From assembly GCA_013239625.1 (NCBI GenBank), contig MU054338.1, forward strand, positions 5,308,724 to 5,372,723: 64,000 bases of DNA. The letters run 5' to 3'. The translations under genes were made by a program, and so were the position numbers. Every line of letters begins with the position of its first letter. Position 1 is the first letter of the stretch. Below are positions 52,795-64,000 of the stretch, piece by piece. Under the pieces are notes generated by a model. That model had not been told where the DNA came from. It saw only the letters and a program-made list of their open reading frames with translations, and ran no database searches. The DNA comes from Lama guanicoe. Lineage: Eukaryota.

Positions 52795-54000
52795 TGTTTA
52801 TTGATTGATTTATGTATATTTGATTTACAATGTTGTGTTAGTTTCTGGTGTACAGCATAGTGATTCACTTATACACACATATTCTTTTTCATCTTCTTTT
52901 TCGTTATAGATTATTACAAGATACTGAACATGGTTCCCTGCGCTATACAGAGGAGCCTTGTTGTTTGTCTGCTTTATATATAGCAGTGTGTATCTGTTAA
53001 CCCCTAGCTCCTACTTTAGCTCTCATCTCACTTTTACCTTTGGTAATCATAAGTTTGTTTTCTGAGTCTGTTTCTGTTTTGTAAATAAGTTCATTTGTAT
53101 CATTTTTTTTGGAATCTACATAAAAGTGGTATCATGTGATATCTGTCTTTCTCAGACTTACTTCACTTAGTATAATAATCTCTAGGTCCTTCCATGTTGC
53201 TGCCAATGGCATTATTTCATTCTTTTTTATGGCTGAATCCATTGTGTATATATGGACCACATCTTCTTTATTCAGTCATCTGTTGATGGACATTTAGGCT
53301 GTCTCCATGTCTTGGCTATTGTAAATAATGCTGCTATGAACATTGGGGTGCAGGTGTCTTTTTGAATTTGAGTTTTCCCTGGATATATGCCCAGGAGTGG
53401 GATTACTGGATCATATGGTAACACAATTTTTAGTTTTTTAAGGACTCTCCATACTGTTTTCCATAGTGGTTGCACCAAACTACATTCCCACCAACAGTGT
53501 AGGAAGGTTTCCTTTTCTCCACACCCTCTCCAGCATTTATCGTTTGTGGACTTTTTAATGGTGGTCATTCTGACTGGTGTTAGGTGATATCTCATAGTAG
53601 TTTTGATTTGCATTTTCTGTTTTTTTTTTTCAGTTTTCAATTTTATTAGATAGAATTGTTACAATTTGACTGCACATATACAATATATTGCATGTGAATA
53701 CATGTATACAATATACTGCACATTTTTTTAGTTTACATATGTGTACTGATCATTGTTGCTAAGAACAGTTTAGAGCTTTAGCTTTTTAAATTTATATAGC
53801 TCTCAAAGGAATACAGCCAACTACAAAATAAGAATCAACAGAATGCGGTAATCCATTGATTTGCATTTTCTGATAATTAGGGATGTCTTTTCATGTGCCT
53901 ATTGGCCATCTGTATATCTTCTTTGGAGAAATGTCTGTCTAGGTCTTCTGCCCATTTTTCAATTGGGTTGTTTGCTTTTTTGTTACTGGGTTGTAAGAAC
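52795..54000 (-). mobile_element. L1 3' end (ORF2 C-terminus + 3'UTR), interrupted by a retrocopy
   Basis: Peptide [16 protein letters not shown]...[18 protein letters not shown]...[16 protein letters not shown] is the L1 ORF2 Cys-rich C-terminus. Confidence 0.9.
53620..53855 (-). pseudogene. 5'-truncated polyadenylated retrocopy (unidentified 3' end) inserted in an L1
   Basis: 17-bp TSD TTGATTTGCATTTTCTG (53603-53619 and 53856-53872), T11 tail, AATAAA on the minus strand at 53642-53647. Confidence 0.8.
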
Positions 54001-55018
54001 TGTTTATAATGACAACCATTTCCTCATCAGCCACTACATACCAGGCACAGGGGACAGGAAGGAAGCAGAAACAGCCTCAGGCCCTGCCCTCCTGCAGTTT
54101 ATTAGAGTCATGGTTCATTCAACCATTTGTTGAGTGCCTACTGTATACCAGGCACTGTTCTAGGTGCTGGGGGGACCAGTAGCAAACAAAGCAAAGATCC
54201 CTGGAACTCACATTCTAGTGGTGGTAAGTGCCGTGGAAGGGAGGTACTGGTGCCCCAGGGCCTGGCTTAGGCTGGGGGGTTGGTCAGAGGAGGCTTCTCC
54301 AAGGTGGTGACACTCGCTCTTAGATTGGTGGATGTGGAGGAGTTAAACTGATAGGAAAGGAAGGGAAGAACATCCCAATGAGAGGAAACAGCATGTGCAA
54401 AGGCCCTGTGTGAGTTGCATGGCTGGAGCACAAGGCAAAAGCGAGAGAGGAATGAGAAGAGAGGCTGGGCCATCCATGGGGATTTTCTTGCTCCTTTAAA
54501 ATCAGCAGGGAGCTGTCTAGGACTTTCATGCAGGGGGTGATTTGCAAGGGGTGATTTGCAAGTAGGTTCTGCAAAGACCGGGGCTCCTGGGCCAGCCATG
54601 GATTAATCCTGCTGAGAGAGGAGGACCTGGGCATCCACCTCCAGCCCTGCTATCTGCACCCATCTCTCTGGGGCTCTGGTATCTCCTGATGGTCCCATCA
54701 CACCCCCACTGCTATCAGAGTCCTCACTTACAGCTTCCTGCCCTGCTCCCCCCAAACCTCAAGGATGCCATTTGTTCAGTCAGCATCTATTAAGCACCCA
54801 CTGTGTGCTAGGTACTATACATCTGTTATCACAGTGAGTCACCCCAGTGATCCTCCTAGGAAGGTGTGAAGCCCCAGATCAAACTCGAAGAGTGAGGACC
54901 AACAGTGCAGTTGGTTATGTGCAGACTCTTGGGCCCAGAAGCTCAAGCATCACTGATTCTCCGAAGACACACATGAGCCAGGGTAGCCCCTGGGTCCTCA
55001 GTGAACACTCACTGAGTT

Positions 55019-55045
55019 AATCAATCAATCAATCAATCAATCAAT
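55019..55045. repeat. (TCAA)n microsatellite
   Basis: AATCAATCAATCAATCAATCAATCAAT. Confidence 0.9.
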
Positions 55046-55279
55046 GGTGGGTAAGTCCACTGTGGCTGCGGGGAAAGGAATGGAAATTGCCTGTGAAGAG
55101 AGGTGAGCTGTACTCAGATTGGGAGCCAAACCTGGGAGCATGAATGTGACCTAGCAGTAGCAGGGAGCCATTGAGTGTTCTAGGCAGGGAGCCACACCAT
55201 CTGATTTATGTTTGCCTTGGATCAACTGCCAAGAAGGGTGGAGTTCATCGAGTCTGTCGCTAGGGGGCACTCAAGTATT

Positions 55280-55752
55280 CCTGTAGATTGTCTTCAGGGC
55301 TGCACTGTCCAGATGGTGAGCCGTTGAGCCCTAGAAACACGGCCAGTTCGAACAGAGATTTAAGTGTGAAATACACACTGGATTCCAAAGACTTAATAAG
55401 GTAAAAAGAATGTCACAAGCCTCATCATTGCTTTTTTAAATATTGACACATTGAAATGATGATATTTGGGGGCACACTGGGCTAAATAAATTATTAAAAT
55501 TTCATCTGTTTCTTTTTTACTGTTGTGTAATGTGGTTAAGATTGCATATATGAGTCACGATTATATTTCTATTTTTCTTTTTTTACATATTTTTAAATTT
55601 TTAATTATTTATTATCATTTAAAAAAATTTTCCCCTTAACAGAGAACACTGAGGATTGAACCGAGGACCTTGTGCTCACTAAGCATAAACTCTGCCTCTG
55701 AGCTATATGCTCCCGGGCCCTGCCACAATTATATTTCTATTGGACAGCACTG
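55280..55752. mobile_element. MER33/MER3-like hAT element
   Basis: CTGTCCAGAT...AAGTGTGAAATACACACTGGATTCCAAAGACTTA...CTATTGGACAGCACTG. Confidence 0.6.
55572..55712 (-). mobile_element. Diverged vic-1-like SINE inside a MER33-like element
   Basis: GGATTGAACCGAGGACCTTGTGCTCACTAAGCAT; flanked by repeated ATTATATTTCTATT. Confidence 0.75.
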
Positions 55753-56289
55753 GCTTAGAGAGAAGAGCTGCTGTTTTCAATGGTTTTCAGAAGCAAACTC
55801 TTTTTCTCATATTTCCTCTTGTATTGGTCATCCTACAGTGTTTCCTACGTGATTATTCTTCTAGCTCATTGAATAAAATTACATATGCATAAATAAACAG
55901 ACTGAAAATAGAGAGTGAGGGCCATTGTTTTATCAATATGGAATCATATTTGATCCACTTTTTTACCCAAGGCATCTGATGGAAATTTCTCAGACCACCT
56001 GCTGAGGTTCTAATTCACCCTTTGTAATTGGTTGATAATCTCCCATGGTGTGGATGACCCTAAATTTATTGAACCACATTCCCATTAACAGGTGTTCACT
56101 TGGTTTACAAGTTTTATTCCCTCTGCTACCAAAAAGAAAAGGGGGAAAAAAGGCACTACAATAATGAATACTTTTATATGTATGTCCGTATACAATGATA
56201 TTTTTATTTCAAAGGGAAATATTTCCAGAATGAGATTGATGGATGAGGGCTTGTGTATTTGTACTTTTAATAGATTTTTATCAGGTTGT

Positions 56290-57600
56290 AGATATCAATG
56301 AATTGATTCTAAAATTTATATGAAGAACAACCTTGGAGGACCGACACTACCCAATGTCAAGACTTTCTATAAAGCTACAGTAATCAAGACAGCATGAGAC
56401 TGGCAAAAGAATAGATCAATGAAACAGAAGAGAGAGCCCAGAAATAGACCCACACAAATCTAGTCAATTGATCTTTGACAAAGGCAAATTCGATAGAGAA
56501 AGGACAACCTTTTCAGTAGATGGTGCTGGAATAACTGAATGTCCATACGCCAAAAAAAAAAAAAAATCTAGACATAGACCTTACACCTTTCACAAAAAAA
56601 TGAACTCAAAATACATCATCATAAATTACCTTGAATAGGCAAATTTATAGTGACGGAAAGGAGAATAGAGGTTACCAGAGGCTGGGGAAAGGGGATGTGG
56701 GAAGTTATTATTTAATGGGTACCGTTTCTGTTTGGGACGATGAAAAGATCTGGAAATAGTGATGTGATTGCACAACTTGTGTATGTAGTGAATGCCACTG
56801 AATTATATACTTAACAATGGTTAAGTAGTACATTGTACATTATGTATATTTCCCTCCCACCCCTCCCCATACACACATAGGCTCATAGACCTGGATGTAA
56901 ACCACAAAACTATAAAACTTCTAGAAGGAAACATAGGAAAAAAATCCAGGTGACCTTGGGTTTGGCAATGGATTTTTGGATACAACATAAAAAGCATTAT
57001 CCATGAAAGAAAAAAAAGTTGATGCTGAACTTGAATAAAACTAAAAACTTGTGTTCTGTAAAAGGTGCTGTTAAGAGAATTAAAAAAAAAGTCACAGACT
57101 GGAAGAAAACATTTGCAAAACACATACCCTCTCCCCAAAAAATAAAACAAAATTTTTTAAAAGGGGGAGGAGGGTATAGCTCAGTGGTATAGCACATGCT
57201 TAGCATGCACGAAGTCCTGAGTTCAATCCCTAGTACCTCCTCTAGAAATAAGTAAATAAATAAACCGAATTACCTCCCTTCCCCCACCAAAAAAAAAAGC
57301 AATAAAAAAATTTAATTAAAAAATTTTTTAATGTGGCTCTTTTTCAGTTGAAGTTTAGCTGATTTACTATGTTGTGTTAATTTCTGTGCAACATAGTGAT
57401 TCGGTTTTACATATAGATATATTTTTTCATGTTCTTTTTCATTATAGCTTATTACAAGATACTGAATGTAGTTCCCTGTGCTCTACAGTAGGACCTTGTT
57501 TATCTATTTTACATACGGTAGTTTGTACCTGCTAATCTCAGTCTCCTAATTTATCCCTTTTCTTTCTCCCCTTTGGAAACCATAAGTTGTCTGTGTCTGT
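56290..57600. mobile_element. Cluster of L1 fragments on both strands
   Basis: TATAAAGCTACAGTAATCAAGACAGC...TGATCTTTGACAAAGG; AAACTATAAAACTTCTAGAAGGAAACATAGG. Confidence 0.8.
57163..57330 (+). mobile_element. vic-1-like SINE
   Basis: GGAGGGTATAGCTCAGTGGTATAGCACATGCTTAGCATGCACGAAGTCC...tail. Confidence 0.9.
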
Positions 57601-58549
57601 TCAATGTGGTTCTTTAATCATCTTTCTAATTTCATCTATATTCATTGAACTAATCAGATGTTCCCCTTGGGTCAGTAATCAGAATGTGCTTTTTTTTTCT
57701 CTCACAATCATTAATTTCCCCTAGGATTTTCAGAATGTTACCTGGAGCTGCATGTAGAATTCTCTTATTTAACTGTTTCCTTGTATGCTGGCACCTTATC
57801 TCCTTCAAGGTCGCTAAACCTGTTTATTTTTCTGCTCTGACTGTTACAAATCTATCAGGGTTTCAAGGAGTTATCTGTCTCATTTTTTTTCTTTTAATTT
57901 TTTTGGGGGAGAGGTAATTAGGTTTATTTATTTTTAATGGCGATACTGGAGATAGAACTGTTGTTTCATTGGTTTTTAAAGAACCCACTTCCTTAGGCAC
58001 CCATTTACAACCTTTCCCCTCATTTGATTCATTTCTGTTTTTCATCTCTATCCATTCCATCTTCCTAATTTCTTTTTGTTCTTAGTCTAATTTGTGATTG
58101 TAGTTCCATCCTTGTTGCTTTTTTTTTTTATTGAAGTATATAGCCAGTTACAATGTGTTGATTTCTGGTGTCCAGCAACATGTTTCAGTCGTACATATAA
58201 ATACATATATTTGTTTTCATATTCTTTTTCATTATTATAATAATGGGATAATTAAGGCTCTGAGAATTTCTCCAAGATCAGTTTTGTCTGTTTCAGGGAT
58301 TTTGATATTAAATGTTCTTTTTACTGTTTTCTGAATAGTTTACAAGGTCCCAGAGAAGATCCTCTGTGATCTGGGTGCCAGCCCAGTTGCATAAACCCAG
58401 GTAACTTGGAAGTTAGCCCCAGCCATGCCCAGCCCCCGTCCAGCCTCAGGCAGCAACAACTCCTCCCCACCTGGGTGCATACCGTCATTGGCAAATACTG
58501 ACAGATGCTCCCAGAAACAGAGCTGGCACAAAGGCATAATAAAGAAGGG

Positions 58550-59010
58550 CATTTTTTAAGTGTACATTTCAGCAGCATTAAATGCTTCACATTGTTGTGC
58601 AACCATCACCACCATCCATCTCCAGAACTCTTTTCGACTTGTAAAACTGAAACTGTCCCCATTAACATTAACTTCCCACCCACCTCCCCGCGATTCGGAA
58701 CCCCACCATCTACTTTCCATCTCTATGAATTTGACTACTCTGGGGATATCCTGGAAGTGGGATCATACAGTCTTTGTCCTTTTGTGACTAGCTTATTTCA
58801 CTGAGCATCATGTCCTCAAGGTTCATCCATGTTGTGGCATGTGTCAGAATTTCCTTCCTTTTTAGGGCTGAATAATATTCTAATGTTATGGCTGGACTGC
58901 ATTTTGTTGATCCATTCACCTGCTGATGGACACTTGGGTTGCTTCCACCTTTTCGGCTATTGTGGGTAATGCTGCTCTGAACATGGGTGTACAGATATCT
59001 CTTGGAGGCA
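58550..59010 (-). mobile_element. L1MB-type 3' fragment
   Basis: TTCACTGAGCATCATGTCCTCAAGGTTCATCCATGTTGTGGCATGTGTCAGAATTTCC. Confidence 0.8.
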
Positions 59011-59288
59011 TTTTTCCTTTTAATTCTTCTAAAGAGTAACATTTTCCAAAACCATTCCTTGCTTTTAAAATGAACAGTGGATGGTGGACACTTTTGAATG
59101 AGCCAACAGAGTTGTGCTAGCTCCAAGATTAGCTCATGGGCTGCCCAGATTCAGTTCCTGGCTCTGTCACTACTTCTGTGACTCCAGGCAGATCTTATAA
59201 TCCTTCAATACCACCTCAGTTTCCCTCCTTGTCTGTAAAATGGGGGAGAATTTCAGCACCTATTTCCCAGATCTAAATGTGATAAGCG

Positions 59289-59432
59289 AGGGAGGGTACA
59301 GTTCAAGTGGTAGAGCGCATGGTTAGCATGCATGAGGTCCTGGGTTCAATCCTCAGTACCCCCTCCAAGAATAAATAAATAAACCTAATTACCTCCCCCC
59401 ACCAAAACAAACAAACAAACAAAAATTTTAAA
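59289..59432 (+). mobile_element. vic-1-like SINE
   Basis: Head plus AAATAAATAAACCTAATTACCTCCCC plus (AAAC)n. Confidence 0.9.
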
Positions 59433-60317
59433 AAGTGTGATAAATGTTTCAATACATATAAAGAAAAGCCGTAAACACAGGTAAAGCACCCATCACAGCA
59501 CAGCACATCTAAGCTGCTTCTCTTGGGATGTTCTCCACCCACATGGCAGCCACAGGGATCCCCTTTCCTGGAGGGGCCACTGTTTTTATTTAACTGGACC
59601 ACAATGGACAGACACTGACATTTTCTACCACAAATGATGCAGCAGGGAATCACCTTGTAAATCACCTTGTGAATTTCTTTGCACCTGCAAGTTATCTGCA
59701 GGATGCTTTACCAGAAAGGGGATGGCTGAGTTGAAAGGTGTGCGTCTTTCACAGTTTTATAGCTGGAGTCTAATTGCCCTCCTGAGGCTGTGTCCAGGGT
59801 TGGGTCACACCTGCAGTGATTGACAGGACTGGGTCCCCACAGCACAGCCCATGCCGTGTCTTCTCAAACTTTGCTCTCTGCTCTTCTGATACAGAGAGGA
59901 CTGAAGAGAGGACATGACTTGATAGCAGACAGAGGAGGAGGCACTGGCCCTGGGGCAGATGAGGCTCTGATGTGCTGGGGAAGCAGGAGCCATGTGTGTG
60001 TATGTGGTGGGTGATCAGTGCTTAAGACCACGAGGAAGGAATGATTAAATCATCCTAAAGGCCAGTGAGTTCAGTTTGCAAAGGGCTCTGCGTCTCCAGC
60101 TAAGAAAATGAGCCCTCTTCAGGGCTGTAGGAAAGTATTGGTGGACTCTCAGCAGGGATGGGTGGCGCCATCCCACCTGTTCCAGAGCCATCTCTCTAGC
60201 CGCTGGTGGCAGGTGGGCTTGGGGGTGGGCTGAGTCAGGAGCACCAGGCAGGAAGCTGGTACAAAACTAGAAACAGAGGTCAAGGGTCTGGGTCCCTGGG
60301 GACCATGAGCTGTGATC

Positions 60318-60802
60318 TGTTCATAAATAGGGAAGAACAAATCTGACTCCATATTGGATCTGTTTCTTTTACTTTAAGTTTTGCAATCCATTGCTTTTGC
60401 TACAAGTTAATCACTAAGCGGATGTTGCCTATAAACTTATATTACACATAATGGCCCATCTCTGGGAACCCTGTCTCCCTAGTAATGAGCATTTAAATAC
60501 CTTTGTTTAGCCCACAGGAAACACCCTGACCAGGCCCACCCGTGACTGACTGAAGGCAGGAAGAAATCAACACATCCCCTCTGGAGGCTGAAGGGAGCTG
60601 GAAATGCTTGACTTTCCTCCCTCCCCTTCTAGTCTAAAAGAAGCCTGACTTCCAACTCAGCCAAGATGGTTCTTTGGGACACCGGCCCACTGTCTTCTTG
60701 ATCTGCTGGCCCTCCAGATAAAGTCTACTATTCCCCAACAACTTTTCTCTCGATTTACTGGCCTGCCGTGGGGTGAGAAGTACGAGCCTGGACTTGGTAA
60801 CA
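60318..60802 (+). mobile_element. Solo ERV1 LTR (MER41-like)
   Basis: TG...CA ends, GACTCCATATTG near the 5' end, AAGATGGTTCTTTGGGACAC, GGACTTGGTAACA terminus. Confidence 0.65.
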
Positions 60803-61412
60803 TGTTCTGGCCACCGCAGTGGCCCCAGGAACCTAAGATGTTGCACATGGAGGGGCGGATAAGCATTTGCTGATGGAATGAATGAAGGCAGGCAACACAG
60901 GTGGAGCAAAGAGGAGGGCTCCTCAAGTGTGTTAGACCAGGACCAGCAGTGGTGTGTAGAGGGCAGTGTCGTCTCTGACTTGGATATAAGAGCAAGGATT
61001 GCTGCTAAAGGAAAAAAGGTTGTAGGCAGCAGGAGGGGTAATGGGTTGGAGAAGGGTTTTCACTTTGGGTCTTCAGTGGAAGAGATGGTGAGGAACTGTG
61101 GAAGCTTGGTGAGATTTTGTTGGTACACTGGGGTGAGCAAAGGGAAGAGGAGGTGATTAGGGAGAGGATTGAGGGCTGAGCTGACCCAGACTGTGCCCCC
61201 TTGGAGCAGTGCGACTGTCGGCTGAACTGATGCAGATGTGCGGAGGCCAGTGGTAGCGTGCAGGCAAAGCACGGTCAGATGGGCAGAGGTGATGGGGATA
61301 GAGGGGTCATGGGGGTCGCTGAGGCTGGACTGACCAATGGGGAGAGGAGGAAGCAGTCAGGGAGCTGGAGGTGGATGAGCTGAGAGCACAGGGGTTGTGG
61401 ACAGAGAGAGGC

Positions 61413-61506
61413 TGATGATGATGAAGTTGATGATGATGAAGTTGATGATGTTGATGATGAAGATGAGGCTGATGATGAAGATGATGAAGTTGATGATGAT
61501 GATGAT
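61413..61506. repeat. Interrupted (GAT)n trinucleotide repeat
   Basis: GATGATGATGAAGTTGATGATGATGAAGTT... Confidence 0.9.
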
Positions 61507-61999
61507 AGTGGCAGCTAATCTCCACCGAAGCCCTGCTCTGTGCCAAGTTCTGGGCCAAACACTTTATGTGCATTTATAACCCTGGTACAGGGCAGGTTCT
61601 ATGCAAGGCCAGCTACATAATTTGTGGAGCCTGGTGTGAAATGAAAACGTGGGCCCCTTGTTTAAAACAACCCACCAGAAGTACAAAGCTTTCCCCTTTC
61701 TTCTCTAGTCTCTCTCTCGACTTGCCCTGGTGTCTTCTATATCAAAGTAACATATTCACCTTTCCCATGTCAACCAAAGTAATGAGGACTTGACATGTTC
61801 AAATCGTAGCATGAGTTTTACCATTCACCTTTATGTTGTCCAATGACGGTTGTAAATGCAAATGGACGAGCATTTAACTTGTTTGTGACATCCACTCCAC
61901 TGTACAGTTCAGATGTCGTAGCTCGTCTGTGCACGCGGATTTTGTTCTTACCAGGACAGTGGAAATGCCTCCCAAAACGTTCACTTTTTTACTTGTGTT

Positions 62000-62149
62000 T
62001 TTTAGTTCGTTTGTTTTTGGGTTTGGGGGGAAGGTAATTAGGTTTATTTACTTATATTAGTTTTTTTTTCAGTGGAGATACTGGGGATTGAGCCCAGGAC
62101 CTTGTGCATGCTAAGCATGTGCTCTACCACTTAGCTATACTCTCCCCCC
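62000..62149 (-). mobile_element. vic-1-like SINE
   Basis: GGTAATTAGGTTTATTT...GGGATTGAGCCCAGGACCTTGTGCATGCTAAGCATGTGCTCTACCAC. Confidence 0.88.
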
Positions 62150-62339
62150 TGCTATGTTCACCTTTTGATACACGCATGTTCTACCCACAGTCTTTCCTCT
62201 CAGCTGGTGAGTAAGGAAGGGCTGAAAGGAAGCGGAGCTGTGAGTTGTCCCGTCACTTGTCTAATTCTGTGTCATCCTATGCTTCAGTCGTTGGTTAGTA
62301 TAGGACAGCTTCACGAATAAGAAAAGCTATAATGAGATT

Positions 62340-64000
62340 TCTTTTTTTTAATTGACATATGATTTACAATGTTGTGTTAGTTTCTAGTGTACAGCATGGT
62401 GATTCAGTTATACATATATATAGTCTTTTTCATACTCTTTTTCATTATAGTTTATTATAAGATATTGAATATAGTTCCCTGCGCTCTGCAGTAGGACCTT
62501 GTTGTTTAGGGTTTCTTCTTTTTTTAACCATTTAAAATTTTTATTTTTTGTATTTATTTTACAATATCATATTTTTATAAATTGAAGTATAGTTGATGTA
62601 CTTTATAATGTTACAGGTATACATTATAGTGATCCACAAATTTTCAAAGGTTATACTCCATTCATAGGTATTATAAAACATTGGCTACATTCCCCATGTT
62701 GTCAATACATCCTTGTAGCTTATTTTACACCTGAAAGTTTGTACCAATTAATCCTCCACCTCCATCTTGCTCCACCCCCTTCCCTCTCCCCACTGATAAC
62801 CATTAGTTCATTTTCTACATCTGTGAGTCTGTTTCTTTTCTGCTAGATCCACTAGTTTGTTGTATTTTTTTTAAGATTCGACATGTAAGTGATATCTTAC
62901 AGTATTTGTCTTTCTCTGTCTGACTTATCTCATTTAGCATAATACCCTCCAAGTCCATCCATGCTGTACGCCAGAAACTAATACAACATTTTAAATCAAC
63001 TGTACTTCAATTAAAAAGCAAACAAATGACCACCCAAGCCACTTAAAATAAGTGCAGAAGAACTGAACAGATATTTTTCCACAAGAGGAAATGCAGACGG
63101 CCAGCAGGAACATGAAAAGTTGCTCAACATCACTAGTATCAGGGAAATGCAAATCAAAATCACAATGAGATATCATCTCACACCTGTCAGAGTGGCCATC
63201 ATCAAAAAGAACACGAATAACAAATGTTGGCAAGGATGAGGTGTAGAGGGAACCCTTGTAACTGTTGGCGGGAATGTAAATTGGTGCAGCGACTATGGAA
63301 AACAATATGGAGGTTTCTCAAAAACCTAAAAACAGAACCACCATATGGCCCAGCAATTCCACTCCTGGGCATGTATCTAGAAAAACAGAAATATGAATTT
63401 AAAAAGATACATACACCCTGCTATTAACAGCAACATCATTTATAATTGCCAAGATATGGAAGCATCATAATGAGCATCCTACTGTTTAGGGCTTCTTGTT
63501 TCTTAGAACACTATTGCTTTCTTTCAAAGTTAGAAGTAAGTTCTGATTTGCATGGAAAGCCTTGTCCCCCGAGGCTCTCAGTGTCTCCACTTGCTCAGTA
63601 CTGGATGTCACACCTCACGCCCACTCTGGGTCTTGCTGAGCTGTCGTGGGTCCACTGAAATTCTGGGCTCACGGGGCATCACAAACGGTGTCAGTGGATC
63701 TCCTCTGCTCACCCCATGCTCTGCTGCCCCGTCATACTTCATCCACAGAGCACAAGTTCAAAGGTAACATGATTAAAAACTTCCAGATGGAGGCATTTAT
63801 GCTAAGTGAAATCCACCAGGTAGAGAAAGACAGATATTGTGTGATCTCACTTATATATAGAATCTGAAAAAAAGACAAACTCAGAAAGAAGCAGAGAGTA
63901 GACTGGTGGTTACCAGAGTCTGGCGGTGGGGGACATGGGAAGATGCTTGTCACAGGGAAAATAACTTCCAGCTGTAAGATTGACAACTTTGAGGCCTCAT
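62340..64000. mobile_element. Cluster of L1 3'-end fragments on both strands
   Basis: GAAATGCAAATCAAAATCACAATGAGATATCATCTCACACCTGTCAGAGTGG; TTGAAGTATAGTTGAT... Confidence 0.8.

Noticed and set aside
53272..53640. 122-aa ORF with clear protein similarity
   Set aside because: C-terminal fragment of L1 ORF2 in a truncated, interrupted element; not a host gene.
61397..61579. Poly-Asp, poly-His or poly-Met reading frames
   Set aside because: A (GAT)n expansion abutting MIR-like sequence, with no convincing exon context.

Overview
This is mammalian genomic DNA, most likely from a camelid, judging by about 14 copies of a tRNA-Ala(AGC)-derived SINE with the vic-1-type tail. Positions 551-40825 hold the 5' ~80% of the fibrillin-3 gene (FBN3) on the minus strand. 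I traced 53 coding exons by hand, from the ATG at 40808 to cbEGF34 at 551. All have GT-AG junctions and together give one open frame of 6778 nt (~2259 codons); the 3' end of the gene lies left of the window. A CpG-island promoter sits at ~42050-43150 and contains an 11-N gap. The remaining ~21 kb is intergenic and repeat-rich (L1, MIR/L2, MaLR and ERV LTRs, hAT elements, SINEs), with no recognisable gene. I see no new multi-gene system. The best leads are five local features: (1) a ~245-bp inverted duplication bracketing the cbEGF23 exon; (2) a TSD-flanked polyadenylated retrocopy of an unknown 3' end inserted in an L1; (3) dense TGACA/TGTCA clusters upstream of the promoter; (4) a cryptic splice donor overlapping a hairpin inside the cbEGF27 exon; (5) an intact cbEGF2 exon, plus RAD where human has a second RGD. 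Human comparisons are from memory, and repeat boundaries are approximate.
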